A DNA stretch of 64,000 nucleotides from Zygnema circumcarinatum SAG 698-1b. Lineage: Eukaryota; Plantae; Zygnematophyceae. This document shows positions 26,381 to 38,125 of this stretch, in pieces. Numbering within the stretch: the stretch's first letter is position 1; each line of letters opens with the position of its first letter. The stretch spans positions 6,239,909 to 6,303,908 of the forward strand of contig CM074804.1 in NCBI GenBank assembly GCA_037447605.1, given 5' to 3'. The notes beneath the pieces were generated by a model that was not told where the DNA came from, ran no database searches, and saw only the letters and a program-made list of their open reading frames with translations. Position numbers and translations under genes: made by a program.

Positions 26381-27984
26381 ATGGCGGCACTACGGCTGAC
26401 AATGGCGCGCCTCGCTGTGACTGCTGCTGCCACCCCGCGGTGCGCGGCTCCTGCGCAAAGGGGGGGGATGAGCAGGACGGATGTGAAGCAGGTGAGCGCG
26501 GGGAGGCGGCTGGAGGGGAGCTGCCATGCAGTGGCGTCGGCTGCAGTGGATACATACACGGAGGAGGTGGCCCGGGAGGAAGAGGAATATTACGACGTTC
26601 CAGTCCATACTGTGACTGTGCATAACCGGCAGCTAGGGGTCACTCACACATTTCAAGTGCCTGAGGTGAGAGCAAAAGGTTGGTTGCAACTAAGGTTTGG
26701 AAAGGTAGTCTGGCTTGTTGTCATGCTCAGATGGAGGAAATATTCATTTTAAACTACTTTTTTTCCTCCGAATGTCTCTTTGTAATTGACAGGATCAATA
26801 CATTCTGCATACTGGAGAAGATGAAGGCATTTCTTTGCCTTTTGCTTGTCGCCATGGTGAGCGATTTTTTTCGTCTCTTAGTTCGCTGGCTTTAAGGCTT
26901 TTTTATGTTTTAAATTGCTTCTGACTAGGACCCAGTTTAATTTTCACTACGATTATTTCGTAGTACTTTTTTTGTATTTTGTCCGCTTGCCTCTACATTA
27001 TTTGAAAACTTCTGAAAGTGTACTTTCCTGTCTATCAACTAATTCTTACTGAAAAGACATATGTGGGAGTTGCAGGCTGCTGTACAGCTTGTGCCGTCCG
27101 GGTAAAATCTGGCGAGCTGGTTCAGCCACGAGCATTAGGGATTTCGCCGGAGCTTAAGGAGCAGGTATGGGAGCGAGCATAGCGCTTGATAGTAAGCGCA
27201 AGTGGTTAATACAAGAAAATGGCAAGGGCAATACTTGATTCAGAATACGCTTTTTAAAATAGCATTGGATTGAATTACTCAATGTTTTGCAAGTTGGTTG
27301 AGCCGCTGGCGGCTGCTCACTGAAGATGTGGGAACATTTCGTTTCCCAGGGCTATGCACTGCTTTGTGTGGGAATTCCCTTGTCCGACTTGGAGGTGGAA
27401 ACGCAGGATGAAGACGAGGTGAGTTTCGGGAACTGCAAAGAGCCGAAAATCTGTTCGTTTCAGAAATGTTGACCTCAGTTCTGACGTTTTTGTGACCGTC
27501 CACTTTATTGGCAGGTTTATTGGCTGCAATTCGGACGATATTTTGCAAAGGGACCAGTGGTGAGTGTACACTTTACCGCAAACTATGTCAGGACAACTGA
27601 GTCCTCGCTAAGCTGGGGCTTCACTCTGCTGGCCAATATATTACCTAGGAAAAAGGACTGGGAACAGATGTTTTGTGAACACTTGCAAACTCAGTTTGCT
27701 GTACTTACATATCCTTTTAAAGGAAGCTCTTTATCATTCGTTGCAAGCTGGATATTCAATATGAATTTATTTCCTTGAACCTTGAGAATTCAGTGCATGA
27801 GACAAGACCAGTGACAAGCTTTGCGAAGGGATGTACGGATTGTCTTAGCCCACCATGGGAAGTGAACCAGTGGGGGTCATTTGACAGTGCCTCCGAGTTG
27901 TTGAAATTGCTACTTTATTGTTGGCTCGTTTCTTTGCAGGACCGGGATGATTACGCCCTAGAGCTGGCTTTGGCAGATGAGTGA
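26381..27984 (+). CDS. FDC2: Chloroplast ferredoxin C2 ([2Fe-2S] ferredoxin with C-terminal extension)
   Basis: Transit-like N-terminus followed by HTVTVHNRQLGVTHTFQVPE-DQYILH...LPFACRH-GCCTACAVRVKSG...GYALLCVG...EVETQDEDE-VYWLQFGRYFAKGPV-DRDDYALELALADE*, a near-exact FdC2 signature. Confidence 0.96.
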
Positions 27985-29210
27985 GCAGAGGAGGCAGCTC
28001 CTTCTTGCTTGCTTCTTGCCATGCACAGCCACATCTTTCGTTGCCCCCAGACTGCTGCTGCAGCCAGAGGTGGACATCCGCTCCAGTCTCACGAGAAGGC
28101 GCTTCAGCTGGAGGAAGTGGAGAAACAACCAGCTATGAGCATGTTTGAATGTCATTTTCAAAGTTTGATGAGGTCGACCTGCGTAGACGCCGCTGCTGCA
28201 ATGGGATCAAAGCACGACCATTTGCCGCTCTGTATCTCAAGAGGCATATGGTCGGTTGTGCGATTTGTGAATTAAGGTGATGCAGCTGATAAAATGCTTA
28301 GATGCCAGCTTCGATTTAACTTTGCGATCTCCGTTGTATTTGTTTGGTTTAAGTTTATTGCGAAATCGCGGTATGTTTTGCGATTGTTTCAGTGCATAAT
28401 GCATCCTTTTGATTAACACCTTTGGCTGTACAGCATCTGACACTTCCGTTGTGAATATGTTTTAGCTCCAAACTCATACACCTGAAACCCTTAATTGCAG
28501 CAGTACCTTCATGGTTTTGAAGTGCACTCCTGGCTGACAATTTGCCGGCGAAAGGCTGTAATCGTGGCACTGGAAAATTGCTAGTTAGCCACTAAAGTGC
28601 CAGTGTGTCCTCGACGTGGCTGATGTACAAAGTGAACACTTGAGGAGGCCAACAAGCGAAAAGTCAACAGATTATGAGATCCGACCAGACTGCAGACATA
28701 AGCAAATAGTGGTCATTATTCAACCTCGAGTAACCGTACTTGAGTGAGCATTTTGCTTAAGACTGAATATTCATAAGATTGCAAAAGATGTCATGAGGGG
28801 AAATGGTCTGCATATGCACTTGCAGAAACACGCAGTGGCGAGCATAGGCGAGAAACCCCACGTTGAGAGGATTCAGGTGGCGACATAGATGCCTGCCGCC
28901 TGCATTGGGTAGAATGCAGCAAAAGCCATGGCGGAAGCTGCTCACGGCGAGCGTTGAAGACACACGCCCAGTGATGTTCTGCTTACCTGTGCACTGCCCC
29001 CACATCGCCCCCAGACGGCCTGCAGCACCCGCCCCGCCTTTGCAGCGACAGATGGAGTGTCCGGCAGCGGCCCGCGACCGCGCGACAAATCGCTTGTTTT
29101 GACGCGGCGCCGTCATCCCGCGCTGCCATGGCAAGCGGCTAGCTTGGCCCGGTGGCGATTGAGAGGTAGGCGAGGAGGCGTAGCCACACAGCAGCTCACT
29201 GCGTTTCGCC

Positions 29211-30963
29211 ATGGCCGCCATGTTGGCCGCCATGGCAGAGGTGCCTGCAGTCCTCTTGCGGGGCCAGATGACCTCTGCGCCAACTCTCTTGCCCCCTCGG
29301 CTCCGCTTGAACCCTGTCCACTCGCGCGCCTCTGTGAGGTTCACCTTCAGAGCGCAGCGGGTGCAGGCGGCCTTGAGCCAAGCGGAGGACTATTACAGTG
29401 TGCTGGGCGTCGCTCGCACAGTAGAACATGCAGACCTCAAGAAGGCGTACAGGAAGCTCGCGTTGCAGGTGCCTTTTGCGTTTTGCTTGTACAAGTTGCT
29501 GTTGCTTGTGCACGATGATTGGATATTTTTCCCTTCCCATATTCTTATCAATTTCCTCTCTGTTTGTTACTTTGATTGGCTTCATTTTTGCTTGCAGTAC
29601 CATCCTGATGTGAGCTCTGAACCCGATGCGCACGAGAAGTTCGTTCAGCTGACTGCAGCCTATGAGGTTCGCAGTTCCTGTTCCCTCTGGTTCGTCGGCT
29701 TCTGTAATGGCATGTACTGGTGGTTTGGGCCTTCCATTCTGGCAATGCAGACATCTGCCTAGCTGGAATTCTGGCAACTTTCTGGATTTCTTACCTGCGC
29801 GCCTCCTTAAACGCCCTTGTACCGCTTCCTGCAAGTGCTGCAGGTACTTGCAGACGAAGAGTTGCGACAGTTATATGACAAAGGAGGCTTGGCAGGCCTG
29901 ACGAGGCAGCCCAAGCATAGTGCCGATGTTGTTTGGGAGACTTGGGACGAGTTCCAGCCGCACAAGCGTAGGTGAGACGATGGCATGGCTCATGGCGGGC
30001 AAGACCACCGCAGTACATGTCAGAGGCTACATGGAAGAGAAGTGAGGCTGGCATATGGGGCATCGAACTTGCAGGACACGGAGGGGGGATGCTCGAGAAG
30101 CAGCTGCTGCAGGGGGGGGAGGAAACGAACGAGAAGAGGCACAGATGGGGGACGTGGTCGAATATCCTCTTTCTTCTGCCACCCAGGCCAGCCACAGCGA
30201 TGGACGAACCAAGGGTAAGTGGTTCCGCCCCCTAAAAGTTAACACCAGAGCTCGTCTTCTGTGCATTCGGCAATCTGCTAAACAAGGCGCTGTTGCTGTG
30301 CAGGTGTAGGCCTGGTGGTTGGTCGCAATCAAGGTAAATAAATGGCACCAACCCTTAGCCACAAGCTGTTAACATTGAGGCATCCTTTATATGGTGGGCT
30401 TAAGAATTGCTCACCGATTCCGAACACTCGTCTCAATTCTATGGTAACTGATAAGCTGGGCTTTCCGGTTTTGCTGGTGCAGATAGAGGGGATCGGCATA
30501 GACTGCCACCAGAGGTGTGTTAGGAAACACTAGAACGCCCCCAAAGCGCCCCAACTGCAACTGCAATGTCATCAGAACCTGTTACAATGGCTTGACGACT
30601 GTGATTGCATGGCATGGCAGAACCTGGAGCTAGTGGAGATAGAGCCTCTCTATTGTGAGGAGGGGTCACAGGAATGGTGTACGGACACGTTGGAGAGTGC
30701 TGCCTTTGCGGCTATATCCCAGCTACGAGTCTTGCGGGCGGTATGTTGATTTTTTCAGACACACTGCTTTTTCTGCTGGTTAAGTGTTTTTCCCGCAAAA
30801 GCATCTCCTTTTTGCCCAGGACCTGTCAATTCAGAGCTCAGAAACTGTCTGAAACTCTCGCTCGTGGCAGAATTATGACCGGCGAACGGATACATGGCAA
30901 GTGTTGGACGACCTCTCTCCTGGATGCGGCAGTCCCATTTACGGGGATGAGCTCATCGTTTAA
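29211..30963 (+). CDS. J-domain (DnaJ-type) co-chaperone, probable plastid transit peptide, uncharacterised C-terminal region
   Basis: [32 protein letters not shown] (HPD motif)...FVQLTAAYE-VLADEELRQLYD. Later exons give MGDVVEYPL, NLELVEIEPLYCEE...EWC and NYDRRTDTWQVLDDLSPGCG...* (stop 30961-30963). The middle exons are less certain. Confidence 0.82.
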
Positions 30964-32778
30964 TGAGAAGCTGCAGATTGGTGCGGGTCTCAATCTGGTG
31001 CTCGGGAGGTGGTAGTGAATTATCAAAATGTTACCGCGGCTGGATAATGTAAGAGCAAGTAGGTGTGTGAGCGACTTAATCTGCTTAGCAGCCTGCTAGA
31101 TGTAACCATTTGAAGCATTTTTGTAGGTGCAGTGCAGATGCACAGGAATGTACAACTCGCCGTATTTCTGCGTAGTGTTCATCATTCGTTACACGGGTGC
31201 CTTCATGTGCAGCCAGCTCTTTTCGAGATAAGCATCCACAGTCCAGCGACGATAATTCCTTTTCCTGCTAGAGACGAGCCAGTCAAGATTTTGTATGTCT
31301 GCCACCAGGCGACGCTAGTTTAGGCAACCACTTACAATTTAAATCAAGCTCAGTACATGTTTTGAAACGTAGTATGGTAGAGAATGTATTGTTGACCACA
31401 CTACGACCAAAGAAGCAAAGAAAAACGCGAAGGAAGCGAGCAACGAGGTTAAAAGGATTCACTTGAATGTGGATTTCCCCAGAAGGGGGATACGTGAGGG
31501 GAATGACTACGCGTTGCCTGTAGTTTCGCAATTAGATGTTTCTCGTGGTTTCACCCTTTATTATGGACTTCTGTGAACTGAATTCCCCATCTATGGCTGC
31601 CACTGGGGGTACAGGTAACTCTTTTAATTGACTTATTTTCGTTTCTTTATATGGAGCTCCGTTTAGAGCATACAGTCAGTAACTGCAAACCGTGTCTACG
31701 GCGACTCTCGCAGCATTCCGAGTATTACAGGTGATGCAGCGGCCTCTGCTCAGTTTCACAGCTGGAAGCCCGGGCAGGATGTCGGTCTACCGTTGGCGTT
31801 CTTAGCAATAGTTCGTTGTAGCTGTTTCTCATTTTGCTCTGAAGGTGAGGCATCGTTCGGTCACAAATGAGCTTCAACAGTTGACACCAGACACATCCTA
31901 CGGGCATGCACACACGAAAGTGGATTACCAAAGAATTGAACTCAGTACAAAAATATTTTGCAGTCCGTAAAGCAGCACGAGCCTCCACCGCTGATGTAAC
32001 CATCGTCGCTGAGGTAAGATTTTGAGGTGGTTCGTAATGAGCAAAATATCGCGTGGACTTTCCTTGTGTACGAAATCTTTATTCATTTGTGTCCTCAATC
32101 ACCTCGTGTCTGGCGTACATTTTCTGACTGGCAGCCTGAGTGTGAGACGATTCGTTTTTCTTGACCTCCACTCGCTCGCCTGGACATCCACCGGAACTGT
32201 GATATTCACCTGCAGTCATTCACGTGCATCCAGCGGACCAACTGCGACATCAAATCGAAAACGAAAAGTTAAAATGTCACTTGCTGTCTCGAACGGTCCA
32301 AGCGGAATGACCAGATGCCATAGAAATATGCACTCAACCCCATTTCCTGCTCTCAGGGTCACACTCCCGAACTGTGATCACAAAAAGCAAACGAAGATAC
32401 GTACCATAAAGAATGTCTATGAACTTTTCGTCATGCTCGAATGCCATTTGCCATGAAGAAAATGCCCAACCCAAAATACGAGACTTTCCTTACAGTTGAT
32501 GGCGACTGATGAGTTTGAAAAAGCGCGCCGATCGTCACGAGATGCACCGCTCGATGACTGCCTGCGGGCCTTCGCGCTGCCCCTGACTGTTCACTTCCGG
32601 CTCTGCAGCTGGCGGCCGCGCCAGACGCTCGCTCGTTCTCGAGGGAGGCGTTCGCAATTCAGCGTCTCTTTCCAGGTGCACTGTGCGGCGAAGACAGCAG
32701 AAGGGAGGTGTAGCACAGTATCTGTGAGATATGGCGCCGGGCCAAGTGTTGGAGGCGCCACCAGAAGCAGCAGTGTCT

Positions 32779-35700
32779 ATGGAGGATGCCAAGGATAGGA
32801 GAGGCGCGGCCGCGCCGGGAGGGGATGAAGCCGAGGTTCAAGCAATTCCTAGTCTCTGCATGGCGTGCGGCGAGGAGGTCTGTGTGAACCTAGTCATTAT
32901 TGCTTAATTCCTTCCCCTTTTCCAGGAAGACCCCACGAGGACTTTTTGGTTTTTGGTTTTTGTCTTGTTTGGGCAGCTGCACTCTTTACGCTTCCAGTTG
33001 CGGTCTTCTACTTTTCAAATATTTGCATTTAAACATGTCACGTGGCGGGGGGAAACAGGGACTTACTCGGCTAATGTTTACCGTGGTGCCTCATTTTCGA
33101 GAGGTGTTTATTCCTCCCTCGTGATGTTTTTATAACCATCTTTTTTTGCATGCACCGAAAACGTGGTAAAGCGTTTGGAGGAAGCTGGGTAAGAATTGAA
33201 AAATGGCAGAGGCGGCTACCTGATTTAGCTAACATGTTTGGGAAAGGCCTTCGGGGCTATCACCACCTTCCTACTCGTAACAGCATTAACTCGTTTTATC
33301 CATGATTGTGTCTTCAGCTGGTGCTCATGGCCTTCGAGTGTCCCCATTGCAACGAGAGGTAACTCTTTGCATTCCTGTCGTTGTTCCTCCGAGCCTAGCG
33401 TTATTTCTCTACTGCCCAGAACTGCCAGATTGCGGGTTTGAGTCAATCTTCTGACGAACTTTGCCTCTTGCAGAAACAACGAGGTGCAGTTTGCAGGGCA
33501 ATTGCAGCCACGAGGTTGCCGACTTAGTCTTACTGTTCCGGAAGGTAACCCTGAGGCAAGTTTTTGGATCTCTTCTTCATGGCTGAGGACGTCTTTTCAT
33601 ATCAGATTTTTATGGACCTAATTTACCAGATTGTTTGGTTCAGTTATGAATATGCAGAGTGTTTCTTTTTTTATCCTGGTTTGTGATGTCGTGTGGGAGG
33701 GAAACGGACTGAAGCTTCGGAGAACCCTGGGCTGTTCTTTGGTTGGAGCAGGTGCTGAACAGGCAGGTGGTGAAGTCCGATAGTGCGACCCTCCTGGTAA
33801 GTGGTGGGATTTAAAGATTGGACAGGAAGAAGAACCCTGTTGGTTCTTTATAATGCCATAAATGTTTAAGCCCAAAGCTTTCAACATGGCTGTCGTCTTT
33901 GTAGAGTAAACATATCGCATTGATTCAAGCACGTTCTTGTGAACAAAATATTGTCCCCTCCCGCTCGCGTATCAGTTGGAGAGTTTCATTGATGTCAGAC
34001 GTCCATTTGTTTCACTTTTTGACTCGAAGGACTTGCAATTACGCAGTCGGGTAGCCGCTGAAACTTTGTCGTTGTAATAATCACACTTCAATGTACTTCA
34101 AGTTTAAGGTTCAAGCACAAGGACATGGGTGTATTAACTAATAGTTATCTATGACCAGGACACATCTACAACAGGAAGATAGTCGTTTTTGCACTTGTCC
34201 ATGGATGAGATGTCAGTGCCTGGTGCAACGAAGATGATGAAACAGCCAAATTTGCCTACATTTGAGAAAGTCAGGTTTTGAGCCAGAACTTGACGCACGT
34301 TCCAATTAACGTTCACCTGAGTTATAATTTGTTTTAACGCTGATAACCGTCAGACTCCAGTGCGCTTGTATGGTCTCCGCCGAAACATTATCAGTCATAG
34401 TTATTGCGTGTCTTTGGCCAAATATTTTGTGGAGTCCTCTGGGCTATGTATCTGGTTGAGTTATATATTTTTCCTAAACTGTGCATGACGCAGATCCCGG
34501 AATTGGAGTTCGAAGTACCGCCAGAGTCGCAAAGGGGCTCCCTGAGCACTGTGAGTCCTGATAGGTTGGGCGTTGCTACCATTGTACAGTCAGCACTATT
34601 CTCAGTTGGAGAGAAGTGCGAGTCTTGTGGCAGTAATAGTGGTGAATGGTGTGAGGTTATGACAGGTTGAAGGAATGCTGAGTCGCGCCGCAAGCGACTT
34701 ACGGCTGCTGCAGGACGAGCGTAAGGTATTCTTAACTGTTCATCGGTAGTATAACGAAAGCGCGTTGTGGAGCTTACATCATTTTGGCTTTCTTGTGGAC
34801 GAGCGTCGAGATGCGACCTGTGCACTGTTGCTCACAAGATGCTGGATGAGGGACGCTGCGTTGTTGCAGAGGGTGAACCCAGAGATGGCGGAAGCTCTAG
34901 ATGTTTTTTTGGAAAAGCTTGAAGCTTGTGCGCATGGTGCAAGCACTTTCACAGTTGTCCTGGACGACCCTGCTGGCAACAGCTTCATTCAAAACCCGTA
35001 AGAGCCACATAGTTATCCTATCTATATATATATGATAACTATATATATCCTGTTCATCCTGTGCACTTGCAATGTATGCCATTATATGTTGCCTGCTGGG
35101 TTGTGTATGCAGGCATGCTCCTGAAGCGGACCCCTTGTTGACCTCAATACATTATGAGCGTACACCAGGACAAAATGAAGCCATGGGCTATTTAGCTGGG
35201 CCGGAAGCAACAGGAGCACAGGCTGGCGGGCAGTCGGGCAATTCAACTAGTTTTCCTTCATCCCTGGAAGAGCTGCCCGGGCACACCTCGAATGTCCGAA
35301 TCGGTGCTCCAGCTTTGGTGGCTGCAAAACAATCCATTGCAGAGGCCAGTGGAGAACACGCGGACGCACTTCTCAAGTACACGGCACCGGAAGAGGTGCG
35401 ACATTTCTGCCATGTGAATTTATAGGAGCGGGAGTCGACAGTGAGAGGTAGGAATGATTGGATGACGATGTAAATTGGTGAGGAGAAAAGGCGATGAGAG
35501 GCATTGGCATTAATCGCGGGATTCGCTAATTACTTGCTCTAGTGTGTACTATACATAAATGGAGCTTGGAAATGCCATATTTGCAGGTGATGATATTTCC
35601 AGGGCACTGCGGGGCATGCGGAGTTGCCGTGGAGCAGCGAATGTTTGTTACAAGTATGTCATTCCCGCCAAGCACAGTTGGGCTCTCCTGGTGGCAGCAT

Positions 35701-37100
35701 ATACCTAGATCAGTGAAGCTAGAGCCTCAGCAGCGAAACTAGGGACCCACTTTAACTAATATCCCTGCGGCTTGGACAGATATTCCTTACTTCAAGGAAG
35801 TCATCCTTATGGCTTGCGCATGTGATGTGTGCGGCTGGAGAAGCTCGGAGGTGAGGCACTTGGAGACCAGGCAGCAGTGTTCAGGTTTATGGGTCAGCAG
35901 GGCCTACGTCTGACATGTTGAGTGAGGGGATGGGAAAGCAGCTTAAGGGAGGGGGGAGCGTGCCACTTAAAGGCCGGAGGATGACGTTGCGTGTGAAGAC
36001 AAAGCGAGACCTGAGTCGAGACGTTATCAAGGTGCGTGAAAGTGGTTTTTTGGGGCTTCCGTGTACGTTTCTTGATTTTGTGCACCCTTCAAGTCCTTGA
36101 GATGGAAGGCCATATTGTTTTCATGCTTTAAGAGGTGTAAACGAAATGATTAACCTCTATTACACATGTAGATAACCCGTGGTTGTTATCGGTAGATGCT
36201 TCTCAGTCGGACACCGCCAGTGTGGTGATTCCGGAGGTCGAACTTGAACTAACAGCTGGCACACTTGGAGGCCGCGTGACTACTGTGGAGGGTCTTGTCT
36301 GCGACATCCGTGATAGTGGGTTCCTCTGCCCTGCAAGCTTGCTACCCAGGGCAATTGAAGACTTCACTAAATGCACTGAACTTCATCTGATGGCAAGCAG
36401 CAAATAGCCACATCCAAGTTCAAAGCTCTCAAGAAAGCGAATACATATCAGCTGAGGAGAAACGGGCTGAAATTTGTGTCGCAGGTTTGCAACGAGTGCA
36501 GAGCTTCAATATTGGAGATAGTGCTACTGCATCTGACCGAGTCACATGGCACGCTTTCCAGAAGAGGCTCAGCGTGGTAAGTTTTGACACAGTACATCTT
36601 GGCGCGATCTGGCAGCTTTGATACTACCTTTCCTGACACATGGTTGAATGGGCGTCAAGCAGCTTCTGGAGCTTGAGGAGGAGTGGACGATCATCCTCGA
36701 TGATGCCATGGCCAACTCATTCATTGCACCGATGACTGAGTCACCGAAAGATGACCTTCAGCTTGTTTGTGAGTTCTGCATTGCCTCGACCTTCGGGGGG
36801 GTCCTGTGATGCGCGCGTGCCTTGTTTCTGGTGTTTGATGTTTCTAAAAGGGTATGATCATGCCAGCTGTGTGTCGTTTTAGAGGTGCGTGTAACGTCCA
36901 CTTTTAACGTTCTTATTCGTTTTGGGTATTCAGCCATATGTTTGCGTCTATTCCGCAGGTGGGCATGCTCACAACACTGTTCTATGTTTCTTTGGATGTT
37001 TGCAGCCGAAGAGTATGAAAGGACGTGGGAGCAGGATGAAGAGTTGGGCCTGCATGACATCAACACCGAGGCTCCATCGGAGACTGCTGGATTGCAATAG
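32779..37100 (+). CDS. ZPR1: Zinc finger protein ZPR1, multi-exon
   Basis: Two C4 finger / ZPR1 modules: SLCMACGEE...VPHFRE-LVLMAFECPHCNER-NNEVQFAG, IPELEFEVPPESQRGSLST-VEG, LDDPAGNSFIQNP, CGACG...IPYFKEVILMACACDVCG, DLSRDVIKS, LELTAGTLGGRVTTVEGL and ILDDAMANSFI, YERTWEQDEELGLHDINT*. Confidence 0.96.
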
Positions 37101-37659
37101 TGAACGAGGGAAGGAGCGACCCCCTTTTGTCTCTTGAGAGATCCAACTCATTGAGCAGGAGTTCCTTTTAAAAGAGTCTAGGATTGGACCTGAATGGGCG
37201 TTTTTTGAAGAACAAGAGTTGGACAGAAGCTACTAACGATTTATAGAATGCAGCGATAGCTGACGTTTCTGTCTTATAGTTTCCAGTGAAGAAGCATTCC
37301 ACACAGAAGTTAAAGAGTTCATTACTTTCGATCAGGATTCTCCATGTAACAGTCAATATTCAAGCTCAGTTTTGGACTTGCCTTTGTGTTGCCACAACGT
37401 ACCTCGTCGTATGTTCGTTTTAAGCAGCCTTTCGAACTACATGTTTTCGATAGTCTAATAATCGTTAATTAAAGGAGAATTACATCAAAATCTTCCGAGA
37501 GTCGAGACCCATATTTTCTAATCTGGCTACACAACATAGCCCTGCTGTCACGCGGTGCCTGGTGCACCACCTCTAAAGTAAGATAAGATCCCTAGAAGAT
37601 AAATTGTTTGAGGTTTTTAGATCTATAAGTCGAGGAGTTCACTCTCGCAACGGAGAGTC

Positions 37660-38125
37660 TAGAGTGGGGCAAAGAATGAAAAAGAGCGCGACATAGGAAA
37701 GAGAAGAGGTGAGGGCATAAAGCAGGGAAGAAAGATAAGGAGCGAGAGAGGGGGAGGGCTCCTAAGAAAACAGGGAAAGAGGGAGAGGGAGAAGGGGACA
37801 GAGAGAGAGGGAGAGAGAGAGAGAGAAAGAGAAAGAGAAGGGGGAGGCTGCCGAGAAAGACCGCATGAGCAAGGGGGGGCTAAGGGGAAGAGAAAAATGA
37901 GGAATGGGAAGAGGAGGGAGGGAGAGAGGAGAAGGGGACAGAAAAAGGGAAGGGGGAAGGGGCGAAGGGCAGAGGGAGAGGGAGGGCTAACAAGAATGAC
38001 AGAAAAAAAGTGGATGAAAGGCGGGGTAGAGAGGGGAATTGAGAAGAGAGGAAGAGTGGAAGCGAGAGAGGATTTTTTAGCATGTAACGTCATCATGGAT
38101 GGATGGATGGATGGATGGATGGATG
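37660..38125. repeat. Purine-rich low-complexity tract ending in (GGAT)n microsatellite
   Basis: GA/GGA-rich sequence 37660-38070 with (GA)n runs, then about 7 GGAT units at 38095-38125. Confidence 0.9.

Noticed and set aside
28200-29129. Possible small spliced gene head-to-head with the DnaJ gene (ATG 29129, donor near 28985)
   Set aside because: No recognisable protein, several frames are possible, and it is only ~80 bp from the DnaJ ATG; unsupported without RNA data.
31700-32792. Possible minus-strand spliced ORFs between DnaJ and ZPR1
   Set aside because: No consistent start or domain could be built; the longest ORF overlaps the ZPR1 start.
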